The notes under the pieces were generated by a model. The model was not told where the DNA came from, ran no database searches, and saw only the letters and a list, made by a program, of their open reading frames with translations. A stretch of DNA of 64,000 nt from the NCBI RefSeq assembly GCF_006345805.1, contig NC_043002.1, positions 120,342,001-120,406,000 on the forward strand. The letters run 5' to 3'. This DNA is from Octopus sinensis (lineage: Eukaryota). This document shows, one piece after another, positions 1 to 12,539 of this stretch. A program made the position numbers and the translations under genes. Each line of letters opens with the position of its first letter. Positions within the stretch are counted from its first letter, which is position 1.

Positions 1-1045
1 TGTTAAATTACGTTTTACAAATACTTGAAAATATTGTCAAAGTGAACTTTTTTTTCAGTTGTATAGGCCTACGTATGTATACATGGAAAAATGGCCTTAG
101 ACGACGCTTACACGCTTATTTTTCTCCACAGCTCCTTTACAGCTATATATCAAACCAATATTTTTGATTGTCGATTCTGAAGTTGCATCGATACCTAAAT
201 TTTTGCTCCTTTATTTTTATTAGTTATCTTCTCCGGTTTCCATTTAAAAGTTCCTTTACTTCTTTATGATAATATCTTTAAGACAACCGTAAATATTTCC
301 CTACCTTCTCGTATTTTACTACTAATTTGGGTTTTTTTAAAGCTCACATTATTTTCTCGTCTTACACTTACGTAAGTACATACGCGCACGCATGTCCATG
401 CACTCACATCTGTACTTGTGTGTGTGTGAATGCACATGCATGTTTGCCTCTTCAAGTGTATAGCATTTATGAATGTATCATCAATTTATAAATGAATAGA
501 TATGGGGAATTAAAAGGCTTTTAACATAAATAAAAAAAGGTAGAAAAACGAAGATAATCCATTTAAGTTATCTTTATTTTAGTCTTTTAAAATATTTTAT
601 GGTGCGATTTATTGCCTCATATTTTGAATGTCTTGAAATGCCATTTTATAGCATGTAATGGTTATTGCCCTTCAGACTTTTGTTCAATATATCTAAAGGA
701 TGGAATCTATGTACATTGGAGATTTCTCTATACTTTCTGATTACAGTTTTCTTTTTACTAATATTAATTTTCCACGTATTATTAGTTTTATAGCTATATG
801 AATAGGTGTAAAGAGCTAATATTTTTATTTCACCTTTTTTTTAATTTATGGAGTTTATTCATTCGGATCAAGGCGATCAATTGCTGCTTACCGACAGACC
901 CAAGGATCTAATTCAGTACTTGTTGAGATGTCGGAGGAATTCTTGGTTGCAAATAATTTATGAAAAATATGGTTCATACCACGTATTTGTTAATTTATTA
1001 AGACTAACATTTGAGGTAGTAGCTGATTTCTAAAAAAACATAGAT

Positions 1046-1130
1046 ATGTAAGTCGGTAGGTCGGTAGGTAGGTAGTCAGGCAGGCAGACAGGCAAGCAAG
1101 CAAGCTAGCAGGCAGGTAGGTAGGTAGGTT

Positions 1131-1210
<80 letters not shown>

Positions 1211-1323
1211 TGTATGTAGGTAGGTAGGTAGGTAGGTAGGTAGGTAGGTAGGTAGGTAGGTAGGTAGGTAGATAGGCAGGTAGGTAGGTAGGCTGGCAGA
1301 CAGGCAAGCAAGCAGGCAGACAG
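1046..1323. repeat. Compound tetranucleotide array (TAGG/CAGG/CAAG/TAGA/TATG)
   Basis: Read directly from the sequence. Confidence 0.95.
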
Positions 1324-4277
1324 TTCTGTGATAATCCAAACCATCTATGAAGCGAAGCAGTTCTGAGGGTTGGAAAATTTATGGAGCTCTTAAAAATTAT
1401 CAAATTATCACCATCAATTATAAAGGAAACGAATAGATTTAAATATGTCCCCTACTTCGGTGAAGCACCGCAGAGATATTTATAGTTAAACTGTCCCTTA
1501 GTATTGTGGAAGAAATTAAACATCACCTCCATTGCACTGACTTTTCAAAATAAATTATTGACACCTTTAGACTGGACATAAAAGAACATTGAAAGCTCAG
1601 TTTATTAACGGGAAATAACTTACCAGCACTGCCTGTATGGAAAGAATGCTGAGAACATCTAGAACCATTTCTGCCAAATCAGCAATTATTATCCTTTTAA
1701 ATTATTGTCACTGATACGTGTTTGTGTACGTGTATGTTTGTGTGTGATAATTTGGATTTCGGCTACTTAAAGGCTCGACACTATTAAATGTTTCTCTTAG
1801 CATATATGTTACAAGTTGGCAGGTCTCTTTAGAAGTCTGTTATGCAACATAATACATGCATTATGTAGAATATTTCTAATATAATTTGATTGCTCCATTA
1901 GTAGCAATTTGTCATTGATTGACACATAGTTAATCTTGAATAATGATGTGAATACTGTTTCAGAAGCCACTGGTGATATGTAAATGACATCTAAATGTAT
2001 TATCATAACTTAAGCATAAGATCAGAACTTTGTGAAGATTGGTAGGGTTGCAGGTGATTACGCCAACCCAGCATTTGGCTGGTAATCTTTATTAACCCCG
2101 GAAGAAAGAAAAGCAAAGTGGTCCTCGGCAAGATTTAAACTAAGAATCTAAAGTGATATACCTCAAGAAATTTTCCACATCCCGCCACTCATATTGCTAA
2201 TCTATAATCTCTGTCAATCAAGTACACTTATCAAACTACTGCACTTGCAAGTCCACTACATCGTCAAACTACTATTTGTACCAATCCACCGCCCTTGCCA
2301 TCTATCGCAATTACAAATCCGCCGTGTACGCTGCTTCAAAAACCAACTTAGGGAGCATGCCGCTAGATCGGTATAACTTATGAGCAAGGAATGGAAGACT
2401 GGACTTTCTCAAAGTGTAAGTTCTCGAATACCACTTAGATATTTTTAACCGAGAATGAAACTGACTAGCCAACCCGGCTTTCCTTAAATCATTCAATATT
2501 TTGAAAATAGTATCCCACTAAAAATATGCCGTGTGGGGTATTATTGTTTTATGTATGGACACAATAAGCACCGATCATAGAGACTCAATTCGTCTGACTT
2601 GCTTTCATAGAATGTATCTACTGCAATTCGACGTAATAAAGCTGAGTTGTACAACGATGGATGTGTTTCGCTAATTGGGTCAGAATTGGACCAAAACAGT
2701 TAGGTTTCGTACTTGGCACGAAAAAATATATAACATAGACCACGGAGCAGCATAATTTATTATTTATAGCATATTTGTAATTAATTGTTTAATGTTCCAT
2801 GCAATAAACTTGTTAAAAACTATTACTGTTGAAAGTTTTACAAATTAACCGTATTCAGTTCCCTTCCAAGTAAGCACAGCTAGGTGAACTTATAGTTCTT
2901 AGTTATAGGAGTTTGACAAATACCTGGTAATTGCAACATAGTGCTGCAATAAGAAAAAACCATTGATATCAAAATACTTTTGAGAGACTTCATTGACAAC
3001 GCTATTCTCGTATACATTCTTCACAAAGTCAGTGTAATAACTTCAAAAAGGAATTGTAACTCAGACAACCGATTTGGCCAAACAGTATTTTGTCTCATTA
3101 TTCCTAAACCATCGACTTAAACATGTTAATATACTGAACTACTCCAAGTGCAGTTAAATATATTTCTTAGTAATGCATAACCTATTAAGAATAATGGTTT
3201 ACCTAGCCCCACTGATAAGTAAACATTTACATGGAAACAAGCAAACCACTGATCCAAGTTTATAATGATTAAGTTAGAATAATTCTTGCATTTGTCACGT
3301 GTTGTTTTACTCCAATGATTCCTTTACGTAGTTTTTTCGATAAATTCTTCAAAAGTCAGTTATTATTATTTTTCATAATATAAGCGTAGCGATTCTACAT
3401 TCTAGTTGCTGTACTAAGCAGGATAGCATTAATCAATTATCCGATTCTTCTCTTTGTTTATTTATAATTTTGTATTTCATACATTTTACAAAACCATTTT
3501 GTTATTAAAATACTGCAATGCAACACACGTAGAATTTCCTATATTTCAAAATCCAGAGCCACTACAACATGCTGAGACAATCGAACAATATTTATAGTTT
3601 GCGCTGAATCGTCAACATAAACGTTTATAGTAATAAACTTTAAAAACATTTCTAAAGAAGTACATATTTACCAACCCAATCGTCACAAAAAAGCAGCACA
3701 AATTTAGTAGATAGAAAAATAGCTACGATTTTAGTTCTATGCATTATATTCCATTATCCGTCGCTGAGAAACGAATTATATCCGTGTTTGTCAGTGTTTG
3801 CCAAACATCAGTCTGTTCTTACACCTACCTCCTTGCTTGATTCCAGGTTATTGAATCAGGACTTCGGCGTGTTCGACCACATTTTATTTCAGTTGTGCCC
3901 CACCCTTTTTCCCATTAGATTAAGCATTATTCATCAATGTTTACATCTCTTCGATACAGATATAATCTCGACAGATTGAATTATTATACTTACCATATTA
4001 AGTACCTACTTACTTACTTCATTATATCCAATATAATTTAGACAGCAGATGACAGTCCCTAACCAGCTACTTACGATGCATGGGCCCACTGATTTACAAT
4101 GTAAGATAATTTAAATTTTACAATCTAAAATCGAAATGAGAACATAAACTTGGTACACTTTATGTCATAATCTGTGAAATTCTCACGCAATTTTCATCAA
4201 ACATTCATAAATTTATTTTTATGAATCTGCGTATCTTTAATAATAGTTCGTGTGCATGTAGCGCAAGATTGTGTATG

Positions 4278-4322
<45 letters not shown>

Positions 4323-4685
4323 AGCAGAATGTACAATATGTAGGAATGTTTTCCTTAAAAATCTGAAATAGAAAAGCATTGGGATATTTGCCATCAGTTG
4401 TTCGCTAGCACAAATATAAACTGCTTTTATTCCGTTTAACAAAGCCCAATATATTTGCTTATCAGTAATCGTCAAGAAAGACATTTTAGCAACTCGTATG
4501 CAACTTATGCAACACGCAGTTTTTTTATGTATAGAGTTTTCTGCTTTCAACTATTTGTTTACGCTATGCAATGGCTAGCCGAACTGCTACCTCAAAATAA
4601 CAGTCAACGGGAAACTTAGGTAATTACCCTGAAACAGCTACTTCATTGTTAAGTACTCGACTGCATATATTGCATATATATATAT

Positions 4686-4911
4686 ATATTGTTATATTTC
4701 GGAATGGTCATATTGCCAGTTTAGCCAATAAAAACACACGCACTTTATATTTGGTGTTACTTTGCTTCAGTGTTATTTATTTTTTACATTAATCTTAATC
4801 TTATTTCGGCCAGAGTTCTTTCGTCACACTCCTGTGACCGCATCAGTGGTCCTTTGTTTTCTTCTTTATTGGCTAAACTGGCAATATGACCATTCCGAAA
4901 TATAACAATAT
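4686..4911. repeat. 47-bp perfect inverted repeat with 132-bp spacer
   Basis: 4686-4732 is the exact reverse complement of 4865-4911; (TA)n lies nearby on both sides. Confidence 0.9.
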
Positions 4912-5050
4912 CTGTTTCAACACACGACTTCACATAAAAATTCTTGCACAACAAATATTTAAACGTATATATAATATATATATATAATATATATATATAA
5001 ACCAGCTTAGAGAAGAAGAGGAAACGAAACGAAAACAACGAATCGAATCG

Positions 5051-5100
<50 letters not shown>

Positions 5101-5544
5101 TTATACATATAGTTGTATACCTACGCATTTATAGTAGATGTGATATATACATACTTTATAAGCGAGGTATAACTATATTCACACACAGCTATATTCATTA
5201 GAGATGTTTCGAAGATTCAGTAACTGGGTAATGCAATCATATGTTTTACACAAAAGGGTCTGCTTGCTCATGTAATAATAAACATGAAGCAAATAGAACT
5301 CAGTATGAACACATGAACATAAAGCAGAAGTGCAAAATTTCTGAATTTTTTTCTTCAGAAAGCGCGGGAAATCTTCGATTCATCTCGTCACACATTGGCA
5401 TTTAAGAGTGACGAGATAATAAAGGAACCGGAAAAGAACTTAAACTGGTGAGGTAGGAAAACGGATAAGAATGAAGGTTGTAAGATATATAGCGATAATA
5501 TATAAGGCAAGTTAGGAAAGGAGAGAAAAGAAGAAAGATCCATC

Positions 5545-6275
5545 CAACTATCTTCTCCGCCATCCATGACATTCCCTCCATTGTGCCCTATCACAAGCAA
5601 CCGTCTTTAAACTTTCTGGCTGAATTCCCAAGCGTTATCAACTGTTGCAATGGATATTATCCAGTCACGTCGTTCTTTGTCTGTCCTGAGCTCTTCGGAT
5701 TGGTTCAGCTTCGAAAATATGTCTTACGAGTGTTTCCAACACATTCCAATTTCTATGACTGTAGTACCGAAGCTGTAACCTCTCAATATGGAGACGTAGC
5801 AACTCAACCGCGAGAGACACTCTCATACCCAAGCTACGCATCCTGTTGAGTAGCGGTACTCCAAAGGATTCTTCGGAGGGATCCCATTTTGGCTACTTGT
5901 TTTTGCGATCGTACTCTGTCGATCATTACCCAACAGTTATGACCAGAGGGGAGGATAGCGAGTTTTGCGTTTTTACCAACATCTACACTTCTGATGATCG
6001 AATGCTGGAGGTGGTGCATTATTGTGCTAGCAACTGCAATCCTAGCAGCCAGTTCCAGCCTCTAATCCCCCTCTAATCAAATTCATCGAATGCAATGTCA
6101 TCCGTAAATATGGCCCTGAGATACTTCAATGTCTCTATTTGTCTTAGTAATTCTACAGACAAAGAGAGTGCACGGCACTCGACAACTAACCCATTTTCTG
6201 AACATCAGCTTCTCGTGTGCCGATAAGCACCATGTCATCTGCAAATATCAGCCGACTGATTTTATGCTCACTGTT
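5545..6275 (-). mobile_element. RTE-clade LINE, 3' fragment (decayed)
   Basis: Minus-strand translation gives LIFADDMVL (RT core), ETLKYL, RIAVASTIMHHLQHSI..AKLAI..GHNCWVMIDRVRSQ..MGSLRRIL and the C-terminal LDNI..RLGIQPESLKTVACDRAQWRE. Stops and frameshifts are present. Confidence 0.85.
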
Positions 6276-7149
6276 TGTGATGAAGAATAGGGAAGGGGGT
6301 GGGGAACGAGAACGAAAAGTAGAGAAAAGATTAAATTCAGACTAACCAAGGCATTAAGTCAAAGTCTCAGGAGGAAATGTTTATAGAATTCATAAAAGAA
6401 ATAAATAAGCAATCCAGGCATCCCTTTCAAAGTGGGTGGCAAGTCGCTTTTGTTTTAATAGTGGCAGGAGACGCGATAGGAAGGAAGCTAGAATATTAAT
6501 CAGTGAGAAACAAGAAAATAATAAAATAGAGAGAAAATGAAGGAGAATAAGCAGAATAAAAAGTAAAAGTGCGAAAATAGGAAGAGGGACAAGCATGAAT
6601 ATTACACAAATATAAAGAGAATTTAAAATACTTTGAACTGTCCTACGAATAAAAGTATATCGAAATTCTAATTAAGCCTAAATTATATACATAAAACAGA
6701 TATAAATAGCTTGGATGCGGATGTTCGGTTGAAATATAGATGAATAGTTTCTAAGGAGTTTTGGAGCGTATTAATCACTCGAAAAAATAAGGGGTAAAGA
6801 TTGTAATCACATCTAGCTACGCGTTAGGTTGAAAATCATGTTTCCAGAGATTTACTGTTGCACGGATATCAAGACACCGCGACCAGGTCTTTCAGTTCCA
6901 ATATTATAGGTAATTTTTTTAAACCTTGCTGTTATAGATGTTATTTTAGAAATAATGCATGAGATTTACGTATATCATTAGTTTCAAATTTTGGCACAGC
7001 AATTTCAAGGGAGGCATTAAGTCAAATTCATCGAACGCAATGCTCAACTGGTACGTATTTTATCGCTTTAAATTTGTTGCACTTTTCGTTTCAAATTTTT
7101 GGCACAAGGTCAGCAACTTTCGGGTTGCGAGTAGACGATTATATTAACT

Positions 7150-7690
7150 TCATTGGTCAACTGATATTTATTTTATCGACCCCGAGAGGGTGGAAAGCAA
7201 ACTCGACCTCGGCGGAATTTGAAATTTGCATGTAATATTAGAAAGTAGGAGAAGGCGACGAGATGGCAGAATTGTTAGCACAACGAACGAAATGCTTAGC
7301 GGCATTTCGCCGTCTCATCGTTCTCAGCTCAAATTCCGCCGAGGCCGACTTTACCTTTCATCCTTTCGGAGTCGATAAAATGAGTACCAGTTAAGTCCAG
7401 GGATCGATGCAAACGTCTTGCTTTCTTCCTCGAACCTGCTGGTTTTGTGCCGAAATTTAATATCAATATTAGAAAGTGAGCTAAGGCGGTGAGCTGGCAA
7501 ACCGTTAGCACGACGGGCGAAATGCTTCGTGGCATTACGTCCATCTTTACTTCCTGAATTCAAAATCGGCCGAGGTGAACTTTGCTTTTCATCATTTCGG
7601 GGCCAATAAAATAAGTATCACTTCAGTAATTGGGCCGATCTAATAAACTTAGCCCCTTTCCCTAAATTGCTGTTCTTGTGCCAATGTTTA
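7150..7690. mobile_element. Cluster of three partial SINE family B copies
   Basis: The core TTCAAATTCCGCCGAGGTCGACTTTGCCTTTCATCCTTTCGGGGTCGATAAA recurs in both orientations. Confidence 0.75.
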
Positions 7691-7999
7691 AAACGAAGAA
7701 CAACATTAATATCATTGTTACAATTACTATATTCAGTGTTCGTAGAATTACTGTTATAAGATACTCCAAAGCATGTACGGATGAAGCTTAGTTTTTGTCA
7801 GTTAGAAACCGTGATTAGGGGTAGGAGAGTAACAGAACCTATAAGGTAAGTGTTCAATATAGAGTGGTACATGATAGGACGGGAAATTTGACTTTAGAAT
7901 ATTAAAGAAGAGTTTAGGCTGATATTTTTTTCTAAGTCACAGACTACGGGATGCATACACACACACTCACACGCCCGCATACATGCACACACATACACA

Positions 8000-8224
8000 C
8001 GAGCTGGCAGAAACGTTAGCGCGCCGGGCGAAATGCGTAGCCGTATTTCGTCTGTCGTTACGTTCTGAGTTCAAATTCCACCGAGGTCGACTTTACCTTT
8101 CATCCTTTCAGGGTCAATAAATTAAGTACCAGTTACGCACTGGAGTCGATGTAATCGACTTAATCCCTTTGTCTGTCCTTGTTTGTCCCCTCTGTGTTTA
8201 GCCCCTTGTGGGCAGTAAAGAAAT
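8000..8224 (+). mobile_element. SINE family B (tRNA-like head)
   Basis: GAGCTGGCAGAAACGTTAGC..GAGTTCAAATTCC..GTAAAGAAATA; nearly identical to the 21357 and 57223 copies. Confidence 0.9.
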
Positions 8225-9367
8225 ATATATATATTCACAACACGCGTGTCACGCATAAGTAGTGCCATTTCATTTTACCCCAGTTGATTGAATTGAGATC
8301 ATAAAGCAAGGTAAGTTATAGAAAAATCTCGTATAGTCCGCTCACGATTTCATACAAGCTGCATTTTAAATGCTTAATAGGGGATGATGAAGACGTACTG
8401 AGATGAATTGAATAAATGGATTACTTCTGCAACAAACATACTAACAATATCACTTCAGGTGGTAAATTTGGCTTCAGAACGGGGACAAACATGCACACAC
8501 ACACACGCACGCACGCACGCGCACGCGCGCATACGCAAACATACACATGCGAGCACACACACGCACACACACACACACGCACACATTGGATGTGGGAAAT
8601 TTTGAAACGGTTTTCATTAAGGTAATAAACCGTAAGATTTACTAATTATATCCGAACCATCCAAAACAGAACAAAACAAGAATTTATTACTCCGCTTAAA
8701 GTAATCAATATATACGCGAAAGCCGACAAAAATCAGAAAAACAATTATTCACCAAATAGCAGTGCTTGCAATAGATTATTTTCAAATAATGAGACGGAAA
8801 TGTGCTAGAAAGCGAGCCATGTTGTATAGAACATAATTACCGAGGGAGTTGCCTTAATTCACGTTGACCTTACATAACTGTAAATGACCGTACGGAAAAT
8901 TAGCAGCTAATGCAATTTACAGAATATTGAATGTGGATGGCTGTAAAGCACATTTTAGGTTCTTTAAATACAAAACTACGATCGATAAAACGTGTAACAG
9001 AATGGAACTCGAGAGGGTCACTAAGTAATCTATCATCGAAATTAAATGCAATTCTTAGATTTACCCAATTCGATATTGTACAATTTTGAAAAGCATAAGA
9101 CTGACATAACCCACATTTATATCTATAATAAAGATAAGAAAATCTGTACTTTATAGCAGTTTCTTCTCATTTGAGTAAGACAAAAATTAATTTAAGGTGA
9201 ACCATAGGTAATTATGATGGAACAGTTATTCGGTTTATATACTAATCTCACTAAAAAGACTGAACAAATTCACTTGGCAAGGACTTTATACACAGGTTGG
9301 ACAGAAACATTGCATAATACGGTTTAGCATGTCATGCAAATCTAAGATAAATAAACAATTTTCTTAG

Positions 9368-9553
9368 AGGCGCAGGAGTGGTTGTGTGGTAAGTAGCTTG
9401 CTAACCAACCACATGGTTCCGGGTTCAGTCCCACTGCGTGGCATCTTAGGCGAGTGTCTTCTGGTATAGCCCCGGGCCGACCAATGCCTTGTGAGTGGAT
9501 TTTGTAGACGGAAACTCAAAGGAGCCTGTCGTATACATGTATATATGTATATA

Positions 9554-9591
<38 letters not shown>

Positions 9592-9800
9592 TGTGCCTGT
9601 GTTTGTCCCCCTAGCATCGCTTGACAACCGATGCTGATGTGTTTACGTCCCCGTCACCTAGCGGTTCGGCAAAAGAGACCGATAGAATAAGTACTGGGCT
9701 TACAAAGAATAAGTCCCGGGGTCGATTTGCTCGACTAAAGGCGGTGCTCCAGCATAGCCGCAGTCAAATGACTGAAACAAGTAAAAGAGTGAAAGAGAGT
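9368..9800 (+). mobile_element. SINE family A (tRNA-derived head, CORE-like box, internal microsatellite)
   Basis: Head AGGCGCAGGAGTGG..GGTTCAGTCCC with Pol III A/B-box-like motifs; CCTT(A/G)GGC(A/G)AGTGTCTTC resembles the CORE box; (TA/TG)n insert; GTAAAAGA tail repeats; nine copies in the window. Confidence 0.9.
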
Positions 9801-10040
9801 ATTTAAACTTTTAACTAATTTAATTAAAAAGATGCGATAAATACAACAATTCGCCGAAAACTAATGAACAACATCATTACGTTAATCCAACTATGAAATT
9901 ATACATTTACATACATTCAGATATATGTGTATATGTATATATGTTTGTATTTATGTATTACGTGCGTGTGCGTTCATGAGTGTACAAGAGCTCTAAATTA
10001 CCCGCCCACTACAGCGTATTATTGACAACTGGAAGCGTAT

Positions 10041-10424
10041 GGAAGCACTCCGTCGGTTACGACGACGAGGGTTCCGGTTGATCCGAATCAACGGAACAGC
10101 CTGCTCGTGAAATTAACGTGTAAGTGGCTGAGCACTCCACAGACACGTGTACCCTTAACGTAGTTCTCGCGGATATTCAGCGTGACACAGAGAGTGACAA
10201 GGCCGGCCCCTTGAAATACAGGTACAACAGAAACAGGAAGTAAGAGTGAGAGAAAGTTGTGGTGAAAGAGTACAGCAGGGATCACCACCATCCCCTGCCG
10301 GAGCCTCGTGAAGCTTTAGGTGTTTTCGCTCAATAAACACTCACAACGCCCGGTCTGGGAATCGAAACCGCGATCCTATGACCGCGAGTCCGCTGCCCTA
10401 ACCACTGGGCCATTGCGCCTCCAC
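10041..10424 (-). mobile_element. SINE family C (tRNA-derived head) with 18-bp TSD
   Basis: Minus-strand head GGCGCAATGGCCCAGTGGTTAGGGCAGCGGACTCGCGGTCATAGGATCGCGGTTTCGATTCCC; TSD TGACAAC(T/A)GGAAGCGTAT at 10023-10040 and 10428-10445. Confidence 0.92.
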
Positions 10425-10709
10425 AACTGACAACAGGAAGCGTATACCTAAACCATTGAACAGGGAAATATTCAAGAAGACTCATTTAAATTAGCTCTGT
10501 TTTTCTGCTAATTAATGAGCATTTCTCCGCTTCGTGCAAATATTACAAGATCTCCATAAAACCTTTTTTGATGCCAGTTATGATTGCATAGGGATCAAAG
10601 GATTAAACATATTTAAACATAAACGCAACAAACATCCCTAACTGACTTTAATTTAGTAGATATAGCTAGGGGTCAATTCAATTGAAAATGCCTATAAATG
10701 GAAATGTTA

Positions 10710-11130
10710 CTCTCTTTACTCTTTTACTCCTTTACTCTTTTACTTGTTTCAGTCATTTGACTGCGGCCATGCTGGAGCACCACCTTTAGTCGAGCAAATC
10801 GACCCCAGGACTTATTCTTTTGTAAGCCCAGTACTTATTCTATCGGTCTCTTTTGCCGAACCGCTAAGTGATGGGGACGTAAACACACCAGCATCGGTTG
10901 TCAAGCGATGTTGGGGGGGGGGGACAAACACAGACACACAAACACACACACACTCATACATATATACGACAGGCTTCTTTCAGTTTCCGTCTACCAAATC
11001 CACTCACAAGGCATTGGTCGGCCCGGGGCTATAGCAGAAGACACTTGCCCAAGATGCCACGCAGTGGGACTGAACTCGGAACCTTGTGGTTGGTTAGCAA
11101 ACTACTTACCACACATCCACTCCTGCGCTT
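10710..11130 (-). mobile_element. SINE family A
   Basis: Full-length reverse copy of 9368-9800. Confidence 0.9.
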
Positions 11131-12539
11131 ATTATGTTATATAGTGTAGATGTAGAATAGGGAGACAGAAGTGTAAATAGTCTACCGGGTTGGCTGAAAA
11201 TACCTTGAGGCTAGATTTACATCAGTCATGCATTCCTTTATGTTCCGAATAAGTGTAAGAAAACGTTCCTTCCGAAATATATGACTAAAAGTTTTGAAAG
11301 ACGGATGAGAGAAAGAAATCAATCCCAGAGAGATGAACCCACAACCTACTCATTGGTGGATAATTAAGCAACAAAAGATCGGGCATATAAAATCAAGTTA
11401 AAATTAATCTAATTACATTCACTTTCACCATGAGATCGCGCAGAATTAATTTTTGCTCCTAGAATTTTATCTTCAAAGTCAATAATACATCACTGAAACA
11501 AAAAAAATGCTTTTTCTCCCGTGTGTTGCTGTTCCTTAACCGTCACTATTGTCGTATAAGTTAGCCAAAGCTACAGGTGAGATAATGTTACTGTTTAGTA
11601 TAAAGAAACGTTTTGTATAGCACCATATGTTAGTTTATGGAAAACTGAGAGTATTGGCAAAATACTTCGACTGAATAAATATAAAATACTTTACAACTTG
11701 TAATAAAAGAATCAATTGGCAATTTAATTTTGAAAACGCAATTTTAGCCTCACTTCAAAATTCAAAATTAGAGGATGCACTCGAGACAGTTTTATCTCCT
11801 TCTAAGAAGGAAAATTACTTGTTTCTAGTCTTCAGAAACTTTCATCAGAGAAAAATACCCGTTTTTATCCATGGAAAAATTTGTATCATATGACTATAAA
11901 CTGAAAACGTATTTAGTTAACCAATTATGTACTACAGAACGAGCTTCAGATAATTTGAAATATGCTGCAAGATATAAGATTTGTTTTAAAGTAAGCAAAG
12001 TGATTACACCATAAACATTTTATTTCAACATAGGCAAAGCATTTCCAGAGAGCTGGAACAAATACTGAAAGTTATTCTATCGACCGCTTTAACAACGTTA
12101 ATATCTACTGCTGAAGTGTATTAAGAATTTGCTAAATCAGTTTCATTTGTGCAATAGAACTTTTCTTAGCAACGATGACAATTAACTAATTAATGCCAAC
12201 CTTCCATGATCTTCTATCCATCTATAGTTAAGTAGCTTAAATTTATTTCTAGTTTGTATAATTTCGGACTCGCCAAAACTGGTCTGCTTATTTTGCATAA
12301 CAGTGCTAGAACATAATTAATTAATAGATAATAAATTCCTTGAATTGTTTCTACACAAACAAACACCTCACTGGCAGAAAACAACCGTACAAAGCTTTAT
12401 TTACAAAACCACTAAATTTAATGCTGATTTATCTTAATTTCTTTAAGAAAAAATGGAGCAAGAGACGGAATTGGCATGTGGGCGCAAGAAATTTAAAATT
12501 TCACCGCAATCCTGAATGTAAAGTGTGCTGCACCACTAC

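Noticed and set aside
10360-10424. tRNA-like sequence (also at 16235-16298, 56150-56213 and the SINE A/B heads)
   Set aside because: These are SINE heads fused to long bodies with TSDs, without a complete acceptor stem.
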